64,000 nt of DNA from Acidimicrobiales bacterium (GCA_030747775.1 JASLKB010000001.1:1803-65802); one strand, 5' to 3'. Numbered from the stretch's first letter, positions 36,470-45,768 are shown. Program-made: numbers and translations. Notes: generated by a model from the letters alone, not told the origin.

Positions 36470-37329
36470 ACGGAGGCGCGCCCAAGGTCGGCTACGTCGG
36501 GCTCGGACAGATGGGCTCGGCCATGGCCGGACGACTCCTTGAAACCGGCGTGGAACTCATCGTGTTCGACCTTGACCCGGAGACCATGGCCGAAGCCGTT
36601 GGACTAGGCGCCGAACCAGCAGGTTCAACCGCCGAGGTGGCGGCCTTCGCTGACGTAGTCAGCATCTGTGTCCCCGATGCCCACCACGTCAGTTCTGTGC
36701 TTGACGGACTCGGCGAGAGTGCCGTGGTCGGTCTGCCGGTGCTCGTCCACTCCACGATTCATCCGGAGGCGATGGCCGCATGCCGCACGCAGGCCGCCAT
36801 CTGGGGTGGCGTCCTGCACGACGTCTGCGTAGCAGGGGGGACCGTTGCGGCCTCGGCCGGTGAACTGGCGCTGTTCGTGGGAGGCCGGGCCGATCTTCCC
36901 CCTGCAGCAGCGGCCCTACTCAGCTACTACGGCAGCCACATCGTTGAAGCAGGCCCGGTGGGTTCGGGCGCCGCCATGAAGTTGGCATTCAACGTCCTGA
37001 CCTATGCCCAGTTCGCGGCAAGTGCTGTTGCCTTCGAGATAGCGGAAGGCGCCGAGGTCGACACCGACGCCCTGGTGGACGCCTGGCGACACGTTGGACA
37101 ACTGGGAAGCCTGACCGAGCAATTCCTGCCAGTTCTGTCGATTCCGGCCGAACACGTGGTCGGTGACTTCCGGGACAGCCTGCGGTCGACGGTTGACATA
37201 GCCCGAAAGGACCTGCGCCTCGCCGCCGACCTGTGTGTCGTAGGGGGCTTAGGGGACATGGTCGAGGCGCTTGAGAAGGCCATACCCGAGGTGTTTGGCG
37301 TGACCGACGAGATACGGGAGGCACCGTGA
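36466..37329 (+). CDS. NAD(P)-dependent oxidoreductase (3-hydroxyisobutyrate / 6-phosphogluconate dehydrogenase-like)
   Basis: Rossmann N-terminus KVGYVGLGQMGSAMAGRLL. 4-nt overlap with the P450 gene. Confidence 0.85.
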   Translation: MNGGAPKVGYVGLGQMGSAMAGRLLETGVELIVFDLDPETMAEAVGLGAEPAGSTAEVAAFADVVSICVPDAHHVSSVLDGLGESAVVGLPVLVHSTIHPEAMAACRTQAAIWGGVLHDVCVAGGTVAASAGELALFVGGRADLPPAAAALLSYYGSHIVEAGPVGSGAAMKLAFNVLTYAQFAASAVAFEIAEGAEVDTDALVDAWRHVGQLGSLTEQFLPVLSIPAEHVVGDFRDSLRSTVDIARKDLRLAADLCVVGGLGDMVEALEKAIPEVFGVTDEIREAP

Positions 37330-37730
37330 ACGAGGCCAACAACCAGCAGCAGAGCGCATATGACCGCGGGGCAGAAAAGCTCCAAGAGGTATATGCGGGG
37401 GCGGTGGAAGCGATCCCCGAGGGCGTCATACCGTTTAACGACGTCATGGTCAGAACGCTGTTCGCCGAGGTCTGGACCCGCGATGTCCTGTCGATGCGCG
37501 ACCGACGCCTGTTGCTCATGGGCGTGATCGCGAGCTATGGCACAGTCGACATCTGGAATCTTCAGGCGAGGGCGGCGCTCCAGAACGGCGAACTCGACCC
37601 GAACGAACTGCGGGAAACGCTCGTACTGCTGGCGTCCTACGCGGGCTACCCGAACGTTGCCGGCCTGGTCGGTGAGACCGAGGGCGTCATCGCCGCCTGG
37701 GAGTCCGAACAGCAAGCAACCAATGACTGA
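37326..37730 (+). CDS. carboxymuconolactone decarboxylase (CMD/AhpD-like) family protein
   Basis: LFAEVWTRDVLSMRDRRLLLMGVIASYG. 4-nt overlap with the upstream gene. Confidence 0.78.
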   Translation: MNEANNQQQSAYDRGAEKLQEVYAGAVEAIPEGVIPFNDVMVRTLFAEVWTRDVLSMRDRRLLLMGVIASYGTVDIWNLQARAALQNGELDPNELRETLVLLASYAGYPNVAGLVGETEGVIAAWESEQQATND

Positions 37731-37742
37731 CGAAAGCGCGGT

Positions 37743-38483
37743 TCAGACGGTGCGGGCGTCAAACTTGATCTCGGATTTGTCGATCTCTGGGTGATCGAGG
37801 GCAACGGCGAACGTCTCGGCGAGTGCTCGTCCTACATCGTCGACGTCCATCATTCCGCCGGGGATGGCCCGCATCTGCCAAGCTTCGAGCGCTTCACCTA
37901 ACCGCTCGGGTCGCATGTGGTCAGCGAATTCGGTTGGAGCGGTGTTGCCCATCACGACGCGGACGAAGCGTCGGTCGGGGTGCTCGTACCGCCAGACCCG
38001 GATGCACTGGTCAAGTGCAGCCTTGGTGGCTGAGTAGGAGGCGAACAGCGGGTTGCCGTCTTCGACGGTACGTGACGACACGAAGGCGGTGATGCCATCC
38101 TGGTCGAGGTGGTCGAGAGCAGCGGCTGCTGCGAGGTTGGCGCCGACCACGTTCACCCGGAAGACGTCGACCCAGGTCTCAGGATCGGTCTCGACCAGGG
38201 GCTGAAGGACTCCGTAGCCGGCAACGTAGAGCATGAGGTCGAGTCCACCCATGGCTTCGGCCGCGGCGGCGGCAACAGTGCGGGCGTCGTCGGGGTTGGT
38301 GGCATCGCCGGGGACGGCGTAGCCAGTACCCATTTCGGCGACAAGTTGCTCAAGTCGGTCGGAGCGTCGGGCGGAAACAGAGACCTGGCCGCCGGCCGCC
38401 GCCACAGCCTTGGCGAACGCGGCGCCGATGCCTGACGAGGCCCCGACGACGAGCACCCGGCGTCCTTCGAGCGTCGTGTCCAT
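37743..38483 (-). CDS. SDR family oxidoreductase
   Basis: RVLVVGASSGIGAAFAK, NVVGAN and YSATKAAL. ATG 38483 has a GGGGGAG RBS. Confidence 0.88.
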   Translation of the reverse strand: MDTTLEGRRVLVVGASSGIGAAFAKAVAAAGGQVSVSARRSDRLEQLVAEMGTGYAVPGDATNPDDARTVAAAAAEAMGGLDLMLYVAGYGVLQPLVETDPETWVDVFRVNVVGANLAAAAALDHLDQDGITAFVSSRTVEDGNPLFASYSATKAALDQCIRVWRYEHPDRRFVRVVMGNTAPTEFADHMRPERLGEALEAWQMRAIPGGMMDVDDVGRALAETFAVALDHPEIDKSEIKFDARTV

Positions 38484-38618
38484 ACAACTCCCCCCGGTTG
38501 GCAGCAAGCTCATGCCTATCAGCGGGTCTGTCCACCCCACCAACCGCGACTACCAGTGGAGATACTGGTATCTAATCCAACGGCAGCGAAATGCCTGTTC
38601 AAACTAGGTATTTGTTTG

Positions 38619-38693
38619 TCGGGCTGGGGAGATTTGAACTCCCGACCTTCGGTCCCCCAGACCGACGCGCTAACCAAGCTGCGCCACAGCCCG
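38619..38693 (-). tRNA. tRNA-Pro (anticodon GGG)
   Basis: Manual cloverleaf: acceptor CGGGCTG/CAGCCCG, D arm GCGC/GCGC, anticodon arm TCGGT-CTGGGGG-ACCGA, T arm GGGAG-TTCAAAT-CTCCC, discriminator A. 75 nt, CCA not encoded. Confidence 0.9.
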
Positions 38694-38749
38694 CGGCCAT
38701 GGGCCACTCTACCGGCGGCACCTCCCCCAGCCGATTCCACCGAAACCAG

Positions 38750-38962
38750 TCAGGTGACTAAGAGCCAGAGACCCTGGACGAGGCGCCAACCGAGGTACAC
38801 CACGGCCGCCCCGGCGAACACCCAGAAATGCCAAGGCACCTTCTGGGAACGAACCGGCGCCCCGCCAGCATCGATCACCCGCTCTCCACACGACGGGCAC
38901 GTGCCGACGACTGACACCGAGTTGGGGCTCAGAAAACGGGCGCACGGCTCACACCACGGCAT
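38750..38962 (-). CDS. small zinc-ribbon membrane protein (70 aa)
   Basis: CEPC ... CPSC pairs followed by a TM helix WHFWVFAGAAVVYLGW. AGGAGG RBS upstream of ATG 38962. Confidence 0.6.
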   Translation of the reverse strand: MPWCEPCARFLSPNSVSVVGTCPSCGERVIDAGGAPVRSQKVPWHFWVFAGAAVVYLGWRLVQGLWLLVT

Positions 38963-38994
38963 ACCCGACCTCCTGACGACCCAAAGCGGCCGAA

Positions 38995-40077
38995 TCAGGC
39001 CTTGCGTACGGCCAGGATGGCCAGATCGTCCTGAACCAAACCAGCGCTGAAGTCGTTGGCGGCGTCCAACAACTGCTTGCACAACACCCCTGGGGCGATC
39101 CCCGGGTTGCGTCGCACCATGTCTCCGATGCGCTCCTCACCGAACAGTTCGTCACCGTTGCGAGCCTCGGCCAACCCATCGGTGTACATCACCGCCATGT
39201 CATCACGGGCCAGCGGGATCTCCCTACTGAAGTACGTCCCATCAGACGTCAACATCAGTAGCGGACCGGTGGACCGCAGCGGCCGGACCTCCCGGTCATG
39301 CCAAAGGAAGGTGGCCGGGTGACCGGCCGAGGCGTACCGCAGCGTCTCAGCCTCAGTGTCGAACACCAGGACCACCAGCGAGATGAACTCCTCAGACCGC
39401 TCCACCGAGGACATCTGTCGGTTGAGCTCCTCTAGTGCCTGGGCCGGATCCCGGAACTGTCGGAGGAACGTCCGCAGCAGGTACTTGGCCTGGAAAGCGG
39501 TGATCGACGCCTCGATGCCGTGACCCGCCACGTCACCCACCACAGCAGCCAGACGGGTGTCCGACGCCTGGAACACGTCAAAGAAGTCACCCGCCATGAG
39601 TCCCGTACCAGCCTGGTACACCCGACCGACCTCGAAGCCGGTGAAATTAGGAAGTTCCTCAGGGGCCAGACGACCGGCCCACGCCTTCGGGGCCAGATCC
39701 TCCTGCTCCAAGGCCTCCTGGGCCCGTCGTTCGATGTCAATACTCTGGCGGGCCATTCGAGCCTCCCGCACAGCATGACGGGCCCACGCGGTGGAAACCA
39801 GAGCCGGGATGGCCACAGTCGAAAACACCACCGCGCCCGCGACACCCTCCACGAAAGCGTTGACCAGCGACGCCAGGGCCAGCAAGCCATACAAAGACGC
39901 TGCGTGGAACTCTTTACGGAACGTCGACCAGGCCAGCGTGTAAGCGTCAGGCGCCACCTCGGGATCGATCCGACCGACCAGACGGTGGCGATGGCGGGCC
40001 GAACGCGCCCACCCGAAGGCCGCGGTCAGGCAGATGATGCCGAGGACGGTGAGGACCGGCGCACGCATGTCGATCAA
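38995..40077 (-). CDS. PP2C/SpoIIE-family protein phosphatase with N-terminal membrane segments
   Basis: MAGDFFDV, VVGDVAGHGIEAS, MYTDGLAEA and DDLAILAV. Confidence 0.85.
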   Translation of the reverse strand: MIDMRAPVLTVLGIICLTAAFGWARSARHRHRLVGRIDPEVAPDAYTLAWSTFRKEFHAASLYGLLALASLVNAFVEGVAGAVVFSTVAIPALVSTAWARHAVREARMARQSIDIERRAQEALEQEDLAPKAWAGRLAPEELPNFTGFEVGRVYQAGTGLMAGDFFDVFQASDTRLAAVVGDVAGHGIEASITAFQAKYLLRTFLRQFRDPAQALEELNRQMSSVERSEEFISLVVLVFDTEAETLRYASAGHPATFLWHDREVRPLRSTGPLLMLTSDGTYFSREIPLARDDMAVMYTDGLAEARNGDELFGEERIGDMVRRNPGIAPGVLCKQLLDAANDFSAGLVQDDLAILAVRKA

Positions 40078-40125
40078 GGGTAGTCGGGAGGCCCCGAAGA
40101 TGGGGTCGGCCCGCGTGGAACGGCC

Positions 40126-41433
40126 TTACTCGGACCGACGGCGCACCCGGAGCTTGATCGGGGTGGAACCGAGGTCAAGGTCCTCGCGGAGCCGCCGCTC
40201 CAGATATCGCAGCCAGGTGCGCGGCAGTTCCCGGTTGGCAAATAGCGTGAAAGTGGGCGGATCGGTGGCCCCCTGGGTGGCGTACAGGACCCGAACGCCG
40301 GCAGGCGCCGGATGGGCGGCCTGGGCGGCCCGGATCACGTCATTGACCCGCCGGGTCGGTATCCGAGTCCGGTAGTCGGAAATCGTGTCCTCGAGGGCCG
40401 GCCAAAGCCGCTGAACGTTCTTGCCCGACAGAGCGCTGATCCGCAGCACGGGCGCCTCACCCACGAAGTGAAGCTTGTCCCCCACCTGGATCATCACGTC
40501 CTCACGCTGCCCTGCATCACACAGGTCCCACTTGTTCAACAGAACCACGATCGGACATCCCGCGGCGTCCACCCGCTCGGCCAGGCGCTGGTCCTGATGG
40601 GTCACCCCGAGGGTCGCGTCGATGACCAGCAGCGCTACGTCCGCAGTGTCGACCGCCTTGAGCGCACGCACCAGTGAGTAGTACTCGGTCTCCTCGTCGA
40701 TCCGGGCCTTACGTCGCATCCCGGCAGTATCAATGAACCGCACCGGACCGGTGTCGGTCTCCACCACGGTGTCAACGGTGTCTCGTGTCGTGCCGGGGAG
40801 ATCGTGTACCACCGCCCGGTCCTCCCCGGTCAAGCGGTTGAACAGCGTCGACTTACCCACGTTGGGACGACCGACAAGGGTCACCCCGACGATCCTCTCG
40901 CCGGATCCATTTTCGTCCTCAATGACCTCCACGGTCGTCTCGTCCGGAAGTTCAGCCACCAAACGATCCAGAAGGTCGCCGGTCCCCCGACCATGAAGGG
41001 CGCTCACCGGCGCCGGCTCACCCAGTCCGAGCGACATGAGTTCCCAAACGGCAGCCTCGTGCACCCGGTCATCGACCTTGTTGGCCACCACCACGACGGG
41101 AGCTGATGCACTCCGTAGCAGACCGGCCACCCGGGCGTCGTCCTCGGTGACCCCCACCGTGGCGTCCACGACGAACAGCACCGCATCGGCGTCCGCAATG
41201 GCCCGCTCACTCTGACGACTGACCTTTTCGTCTAGGGAGTTTCCATCGGCCATCCACCCACCAGTGTCAACCAAGGTGAACTCCCTCCCCTGCCAGGACG
41301 CCTCGACCTCCTTGCGGTCACGAGTCACCCCGGGACGCTCCTCGACGATGGCCTCCCGGCGACCAAGGACGCGATTTAGGAGAGTCGACTTGCCCACATT
41401 GGGGCGCCCCACGATGGCCACCATCGACCTCAT
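40126..41433 (-). CDS. der: ribosome-biogenesis GTPase Der (EngA)
   Basis: Two G domains (GRPNVGKSTL twice, DTGG/DTAG, NKVD/NKWD) plus a KH-like C-terminus. Confidence 0.95.
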   Translation of the reverse strand: MRSMVAIVGRPNVGKSTLLNRVLGRREAIVEERPGVTRDRKEVEASWQGREFTLVDTGGWMADGNSLDEKVSRQSERAIADADAVLFVVDATVGVTEDDARVAGLLRSASAPVVVVANKVDDRVHEAAVWELMSLGLGEPAPVSALHGRGTGDLLDRLVAELPDETTVEVIEDENGSGERIVGVTLVGRPNVGKSTLFNRLTGEDRAVVHDLPGTTRDTVDTVVETDTGPVRFIDTAGMRRKARIDEETEYYSLVRALKAVDTADVALLVIDATLGVTHQDQRLAERVDAAGCPIVVLLNKWDLCDAGQREDVMIQVGDKLHFVGEAPVLRISALSGKNVQRLWPALEDTISDYRTRIPTRRVNDVIRAAQAAHPAPAGVRVLYATQGATDPPTFTLFANRELPRTWLRYLERRLREDLDLGSTPIKLRVRRRSE

Positions 41434-42866
41434 GTTGATTCCTCCAGTGCGGTCCGCAACGACCGTCCGTCGGCCGGCACCACCTCGACCGGACGCGGTA
41501 GGTCCTCAGGCGAGGAACCGTCCAGGAACCGACCCCCGCTGAGGCACACGTCGGGCAGCAGGTACCGGTGACCGGCGGGCTCGTCAGCCAGTACCCGAGC
41601 GATGTCCTCACCGACCATCAGGCCGGTCACCCCAACGTTCCCGCCGAAGAACCGGTTCTCCACCGGCAGCAGCCGGACGTCGTCTCTGCCGATGATCGAA
41701 ACCAGTGGTCCGAGAATCGCTGCGCCCAATGTTCCCGTCAGCACCCCGATCGGGGCGTCTCGGCGCGGCCGCACCAAGGGCACCCTGATAGCCACAGCGT
41801 CTCCATCGACGCCGTCAGTCACATCCGCTCCACACGTCCGGGGTGCCCGGTAGCCCATGGCCGGCGCACCCTCCATCGACCGGAAGAAGCCCGATGACCG
41901 CTCAGTTGATACCCACTCCTCCGACGAGTTACCAGCAGTCCCCTCCTCGGCCGAGTGGAACTCCAACTCGAAGGCCCGTGCCATGCCCACACCGTCCTCG
42001 GTCATCTCAACGTCGTCGTAGGCCTCGACGGGTGGAAATGCTCGGCCCGCCAACAGGTGATACTCGTCGGCCGCATGCACTAGGCGCCGCCCCATCGCAG
42101 CGAGGAAACGTTCCTGCCAGGCCTCCACGATCTCCACCACAGCGATGGCTTCGACCGTGGTGTGGGCCCTCATCCGGGGCTCATCGTTGTGGCGGCTCAC
42201 CCCGAGAGGCACCACGCACAAGCTCGCCAGGTCGCTGAACCGGTCGGCTACACCGGCCAGGGTGTCTTCCAGCCAGGCTCCGTCGTTCAGCCCGGGACAC
42301 ACCACGACCTGACCGTGTACCTCCACGCCGTGGTCCAGCAAGGCCCGCAACCATCGCAGGCTGGTTGCTCCCCGTCGGTTGCGGAGCATCTCGGTTCGCT
42401 TCCCGGGGTCGGTGGCGTGGATGCTCACGTACAACGGCCCGAGGCTCTCGGACACCACCCGTTCAAGGTCGGCCTCTGTGAACCGGGTGAGGGTCGTGAA
42501 GTTCCCGTACAGGAACGACAGGCGATAGTCATCGTCCTTCACGTAGAGGCTCCTGCGAAGCCCGGGAGGCAACTGGTAGATGAAGCAGAACTCACAGTGG
42601 TTGTCGCACGTTCGAACACGGTCGAACAGGGCGCTATCCACCTCCACACCCATCGGAGACCCGTCGGGCTTGTCCACCACCACCTCGCGCTGCAGCCCAC
42701 CGGTATCCAGTGTCAGGGTCACCGAGGGTTCGTCGACGAGCAACTGGTACTCGATTACGTCACGGGGGACGCGGTCGTTGATGGTCAGGAGTCGGTCGCC
42801 GGGTTGGACGCCGGCCCGGTCAGCGGGCGAATCGGCGGTGACGGCGACGACCACGGGGGCCGACAT
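41430..42866 (-). CDS. PDZ-domain radical-SAM-like protein (DUF512 family)
   Basis: PDZ segment SPADRAGVQPGDRLLTIN and the CX3CX2C motif CDNHCEFC. ATGA overlap with der. ATG 42866 chosen. Confidence 0.8.
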   Translation of the reverse strand: MSAPVVVAVTADSPADRAGVQPGDRLLTINDRVPRDVIEYQLLVDEPSVTLTLDTGGLQREVVVDKPDGSPMGVEVDSALFDRVRTCDNHCEFCFIYQLPPGLRRSLYVKDDDYRLSFLYGNFTTLTRFTEADLERVVSESLGPLYVSIHATDPGKRTEMLRNRRGATSLRWLRALLDHGVEVHGQVVVCPGLNDGAWLEDTLAGVADRFSDLASLCVVPLGVSRHNDEPRMRAHTTVEAIAVVEIVEAWQERFLAAMGRRLVHAADEYHLLAGRAFPPVEAYDDVEMTEDGVGMARAFELEFHSAEEGTAGNSSEEWVSTERSSGFFRSMEGAPAMGYRAPRTCGADVTDGVDGDAVAIRVPLVRPRRDAPIGVLTGTLGAAILGPLVSIIGRDDVRLLPVENRFFGGNVGVTGLMVGEDIARVLADEPAGHRYLLPDVCLSGGRFLDGSSPEDLPRPVEVVPADGRSLRTALEEST

Positions 42867-42998
42867 GTCCACAAGGCTACAGACCGTCGGGAGGGCGACC
42901 AGCCGACGAGACCGAGACAGGCGGTCCCAGTCCCCACAACCGATTAACAGCCCGGCAACGGCCAGCAAGAACAGTCACGTCTAGTGCAGTACCAAAAC

Positions 42999-43523
42999 CT
43001 ACGGAGGGCCCGCCCGGTCTCGAGATCGGCGGGAATCGATCACCCCGGTATCGAAGCCTGCAAGGTGCAGTCCACCATGGAAGCGGGCGTGTTCAACCTT
43101 GAGGCAACGGTCCATCACGAGGTCCATCTCGGCATCCAGAACCATCCGGGCCGCCTCGAGGCTCCACAGCCCGAACTGGGTCCAGAACATCCGCGCACCA
43201 ACGGCCACCGCCTCAGCCGCCACGTCCGGCACGTCGTCCAACCGACGGAACACGTCCACGCAGTCAGGCACCACTGGCAGGTCGGCCAGCGTCGGCACGC
43301 AGGGTCGACCCAGAATCTTGTTGGCCATCGGGTTGACGAAGTAGACGTCATAGTCGGTGCCCAGCAGATAGGTGGCCACGAAGTTGCTGGGTCGGGCCGG
43401 GTTGGCCGACACGCCCACCATGGCCACCGACCGGATACCGGCCAGCAGGTTGCGGCGTTCCGTGGCCGACGGCGGGGTCCAACCGTCGATCGGCAACTGG
43501 GTGGCCTGAGACATGTCGCTCAC
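42999..43523 (-). CDS. CoA-binding domain protein (YccU-like)
   Basis: SVAMVGVSANPARPSNFVATYL. 4-nt overlap with metY. Confidence 0.78.
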   Translation of the reverse strand: MSDMSQATQLPIDGWTPPSATERRNLLAGIRSVAMVGVSANPARPSNFVATYLLGTDYDVYFVNPMANKILGRPCVPTLADLPVVPDCVDVFRRLDDVPDVAAEAVAVGARMFWTQFGLWSLEAARMVLDAEMDLVMDRCLKVEHARFHGGLHLAGFDTGVIDSRRSRDRAGPP

Positions 43524-44839
43524 GTTGCTCCCCCTGTCCCAGTGAGAGCCTGATCCAGGTCCCAGAGAACGTCCTCAACATCCTCTAGGCCGATCGACAG
43601 ACGCACCATGTCGGGGCTCACCCCTCCGGCCACCATGGCCTGGTCGGACAACTGCTGGTGGGTGGTGGACGCCGGGTGGATGACCAGCGTTCGGGCGTCA
43701 CCAATATTGGCGAGGTGGCTAACCAACTGCAGCTGTTCGATGAACGCGGCGCCAGCTGCACGGCAGCCCTCACCCCGGTCAGACACTCCGAAGGTGAACA
43801 CTGCGCCAGGACCTTCGGGCAGATAGCGGTCGGCCAGAGTCCGGTACGGGGAATCGGCCAGACCGGCCCACGCCACCCAGGAGACCGCCGGATGCCCATC
43901 CAGGAACTCGGCCACCGTCCGGGCGTTGGCCACGTGCTCAGTCATTCGCTGGGGCAACGTCTCGAGGCCTTGAAGTAGCAGGAAGGCATTGAACGGTGAC
44001 AGCGATGGCCCGACGTCTCTCAGCTGTTCGGCCCGTAGCTTCGTGCAAAAGGCAAACTCCCCGAAATTCTCCCAGAAGCGGATCCCGTTGTAGCCGGCGT
44101 TGGGTTCCGTCATCTGCGGAAAGCGGCCACTCCCCCAGTCGAACCGGCCTGACTCGATGATGACCCCACCCATCGAGGTGCCGTGACCGCCAATGAACTT
44201 GGTGGCCGAGTGCACGACGATGTCGGCGCCGTGCTCCATGGGGCGACATAGCCACGGCGTGGCAAACGTGGAGTCCACGACTAGCGGGAGGCGGTGGGCA
44301 TGGGCCACATCGGCCAACGCCGCTAGGTCGGCCACGGCCCCCGACGGGTTACCGATGACCTCCGTGTAGAGAAACCGGGTTTCGTCATCAATCTGGGCGG
44401 CGAAGGCGTCAGGATCGTCGCCGTCCACGAACCGAGCATCAATACCAAAGCGACCGAGCGTGGTATCGAACATGGTGTGGGTGCCGCCGTACAGGGCCGA
44501 GGAGGACACGAAGTTGGTACCCGCGTCAGCCAATGCCGCGGCGGTCAAAAACTCGGCCGCCTGACCAGACGCTGTAGCGACGGCACCGACGCCCCCCTCC
44601 AGACTGGCCATCCGCTCCTCAAAGGCCGCGATGGTCGGGTTGGAGATCCGGGAATAGATCGTCCCGTACTTCTGGAGCGCGAATAGGTCCGCCGCGTCGG
44701 CCACGTCGTCGAATACGAAGCTCGTGGACTGGTAGATCGGGACAGCCCGTGCCCCAGTGGTCGGATCAGGCTGTCCTCCGGCGTGCAGGGCCCGGGTTCG
44801 GAAGCCCCAGGCCCGTTCAGAGGTGGGTCTGTCGGTCAT
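43520..44839 (-). CDS. metY: O-acetylhomoserine sulfhydrylase (aminocarboxypropyltransferase)
   Basis: FRTRALHAGG, PIYQSTSFVF and HSATKFIGGHG (PLP lysine). Confidence 0.92.
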   Translation of the reverse strand: MTDRPTSERAWGFRTRALHAGGQPDPTTGARAVPIYQSTSFVFDDVADAADLFALQKYGTIYSRISNPTIAAFEERMASLEGGVGAVATASGQAAEFLTAAALADAGTNFVSSSALYGGTHTMFDTTLGRFGIDARFVDGDDPDAFAAQIDDETRFLYTEVIGNPSGAVADLAALADVAHAHRLPLVVDSTFATPWLCRPMEHGADIVVHSATKFIGGHGTSMGGVIIESGRFDWGSGRFPQMTEPNAGYNGIRFWENFGEFAFCTKLRAEQLRDVGPSLSPFNAFLLLQGLETLPQRMTEHVANARTVAEFLDGHPAVSWVAWAGLADSPYRTLADRYLPEGPGAVFTFGVSDRGEGCRAAGAAFIEQLQLVSHLANIGDARTLVIHPASTTHQQLSDQAMVAGGVSPDMVRLSIGLEDVEDVLWDLDQALTGTGGAT

Positions 44840-45738
44840 CAGGGCCGATTGTAGGAGTCGGGCACTCCACCGGGTTCAGAACCCACGGCCGCCGGTCGGT
44901 CAGTGTGGCTCCACTGTGACCACGACCCTACGAAGAGGCGCCCACGGCCGAGTCCCGCATGCTCCATGGCCAGGAGGTCATGGCAGGCGCTGACCCCCGA
45001 TCCGCAGTAGGCGACCACCTCAGCGGCATCGCCCACCCCGAGGACCGCGTACCTTTCCGCCAATTCGACAGAGGACCGGAACATTCCCCTTCGAGCCCCT
45101 TCGGACTCCAAGTTGTGGACGAACGGGGCGCTCACCGCGCCAGGCAGATGACCGGCCCGGGGGTCTACTGGCTCCACCTCGCCGCGGTACCGGTCGCCTC
45201 CCCGGGCGTCCAGGACGACTCCGGACGCTCCACCGGTCGCCACGGTGGCCACTTCGTCGATGGTGGCTAGCGCCCCGTTCGGCCACGACACGATCGGCAC
45301 CTTGACCGGCGGGCGAAGCATGCCTGTGATCTCCAATGGTTCGCCCCAGGCGCCGATTCCACCGTCGAGGAGCGCTGCGGGACGATCCAAGATCCGCAGC
45401 ATCCACACGAGGCGACCGGCGGCCATTCCCCCGGCATCGTCGTAGGCCACTACCGGATCATTGGGGCCGATCCCGAGCGCACCCATCGACCGGGCAAATG
45501 CCTCCGGTGTCGGTAACGGGTGCCGTCCCACATTGGGTCCCGGGTCGGAGGTCAGGTGCTCGTCCAGGTCGACGAACACTGCCCCGGGGAGATGCCCCGA
45601 GTCATAGGCGTCCTGTCCTGACCGACCATCCAAGTACCAACGCACGTCGCAGAACACGGCCCCTGACAGCGAAGTCGCCTCCGCTGTATCCAGAACGGGA
45701 GGAAGTATGGCGACACCGGAAGAACCAGATGACATCAC
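44839..45738 (-). CDS. thiosulfate/3-mercaptopyruvate sulfurtransferase (tandem rhodanese)
   Basis: Two rhodanese halves (GHLPGAVF, GHLPGAV) and the active-site loop YCGSGVSACH. Its stop overlaps the metY ATG (TGATG). Confidence 0.85.
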   Translation of the reverse strand: MMSSGSSGVAILPPVLDTAEATSLSGAVFCDVRWYLDGRSGQDAYDSGHLPGAVFVDLDEHLTSDPGPNVGRHPLPTPEAFARSMGALGIGPNDPVVAYDDAGGMAAGRLVWMLRILDRPAALLDGGIGAWGEPLEITGMLRPPVKVPIVSWPNGALATIDEVATVATGGASGVVLDARGGDRYRGEVEPVDPRAGHLPGAVSAPFVHNLESEGARRGMFRSSVELAERYAVLGVGDAAEVVAYCGSGVSACHDLLAMEHAGLGRGRLFVGSWSQWSHTDRPAAVGSEPGGVPDSYNRP

Positions 45739-45768
45739 GGGAGCCTCCCACCCCGACTACCGCAGGTA

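Noticed and set aside
31454-38693. Calling the lower-GC stretch a mobile element
   Set aside because: No integrase, transposase, recombinase or att-like repeat of the tRNA-Pro 3' end could be found by eye. It is reported only as a compositional islet.
38556-39050. 164-aa plus-strand ORF (and 56542..56772 / 56634..56921) running across tRNA genes
   Set aside because: They overlap tRNA-Pro and tRNA-Gly, which fold into complete cloverleaves. No coding signal.
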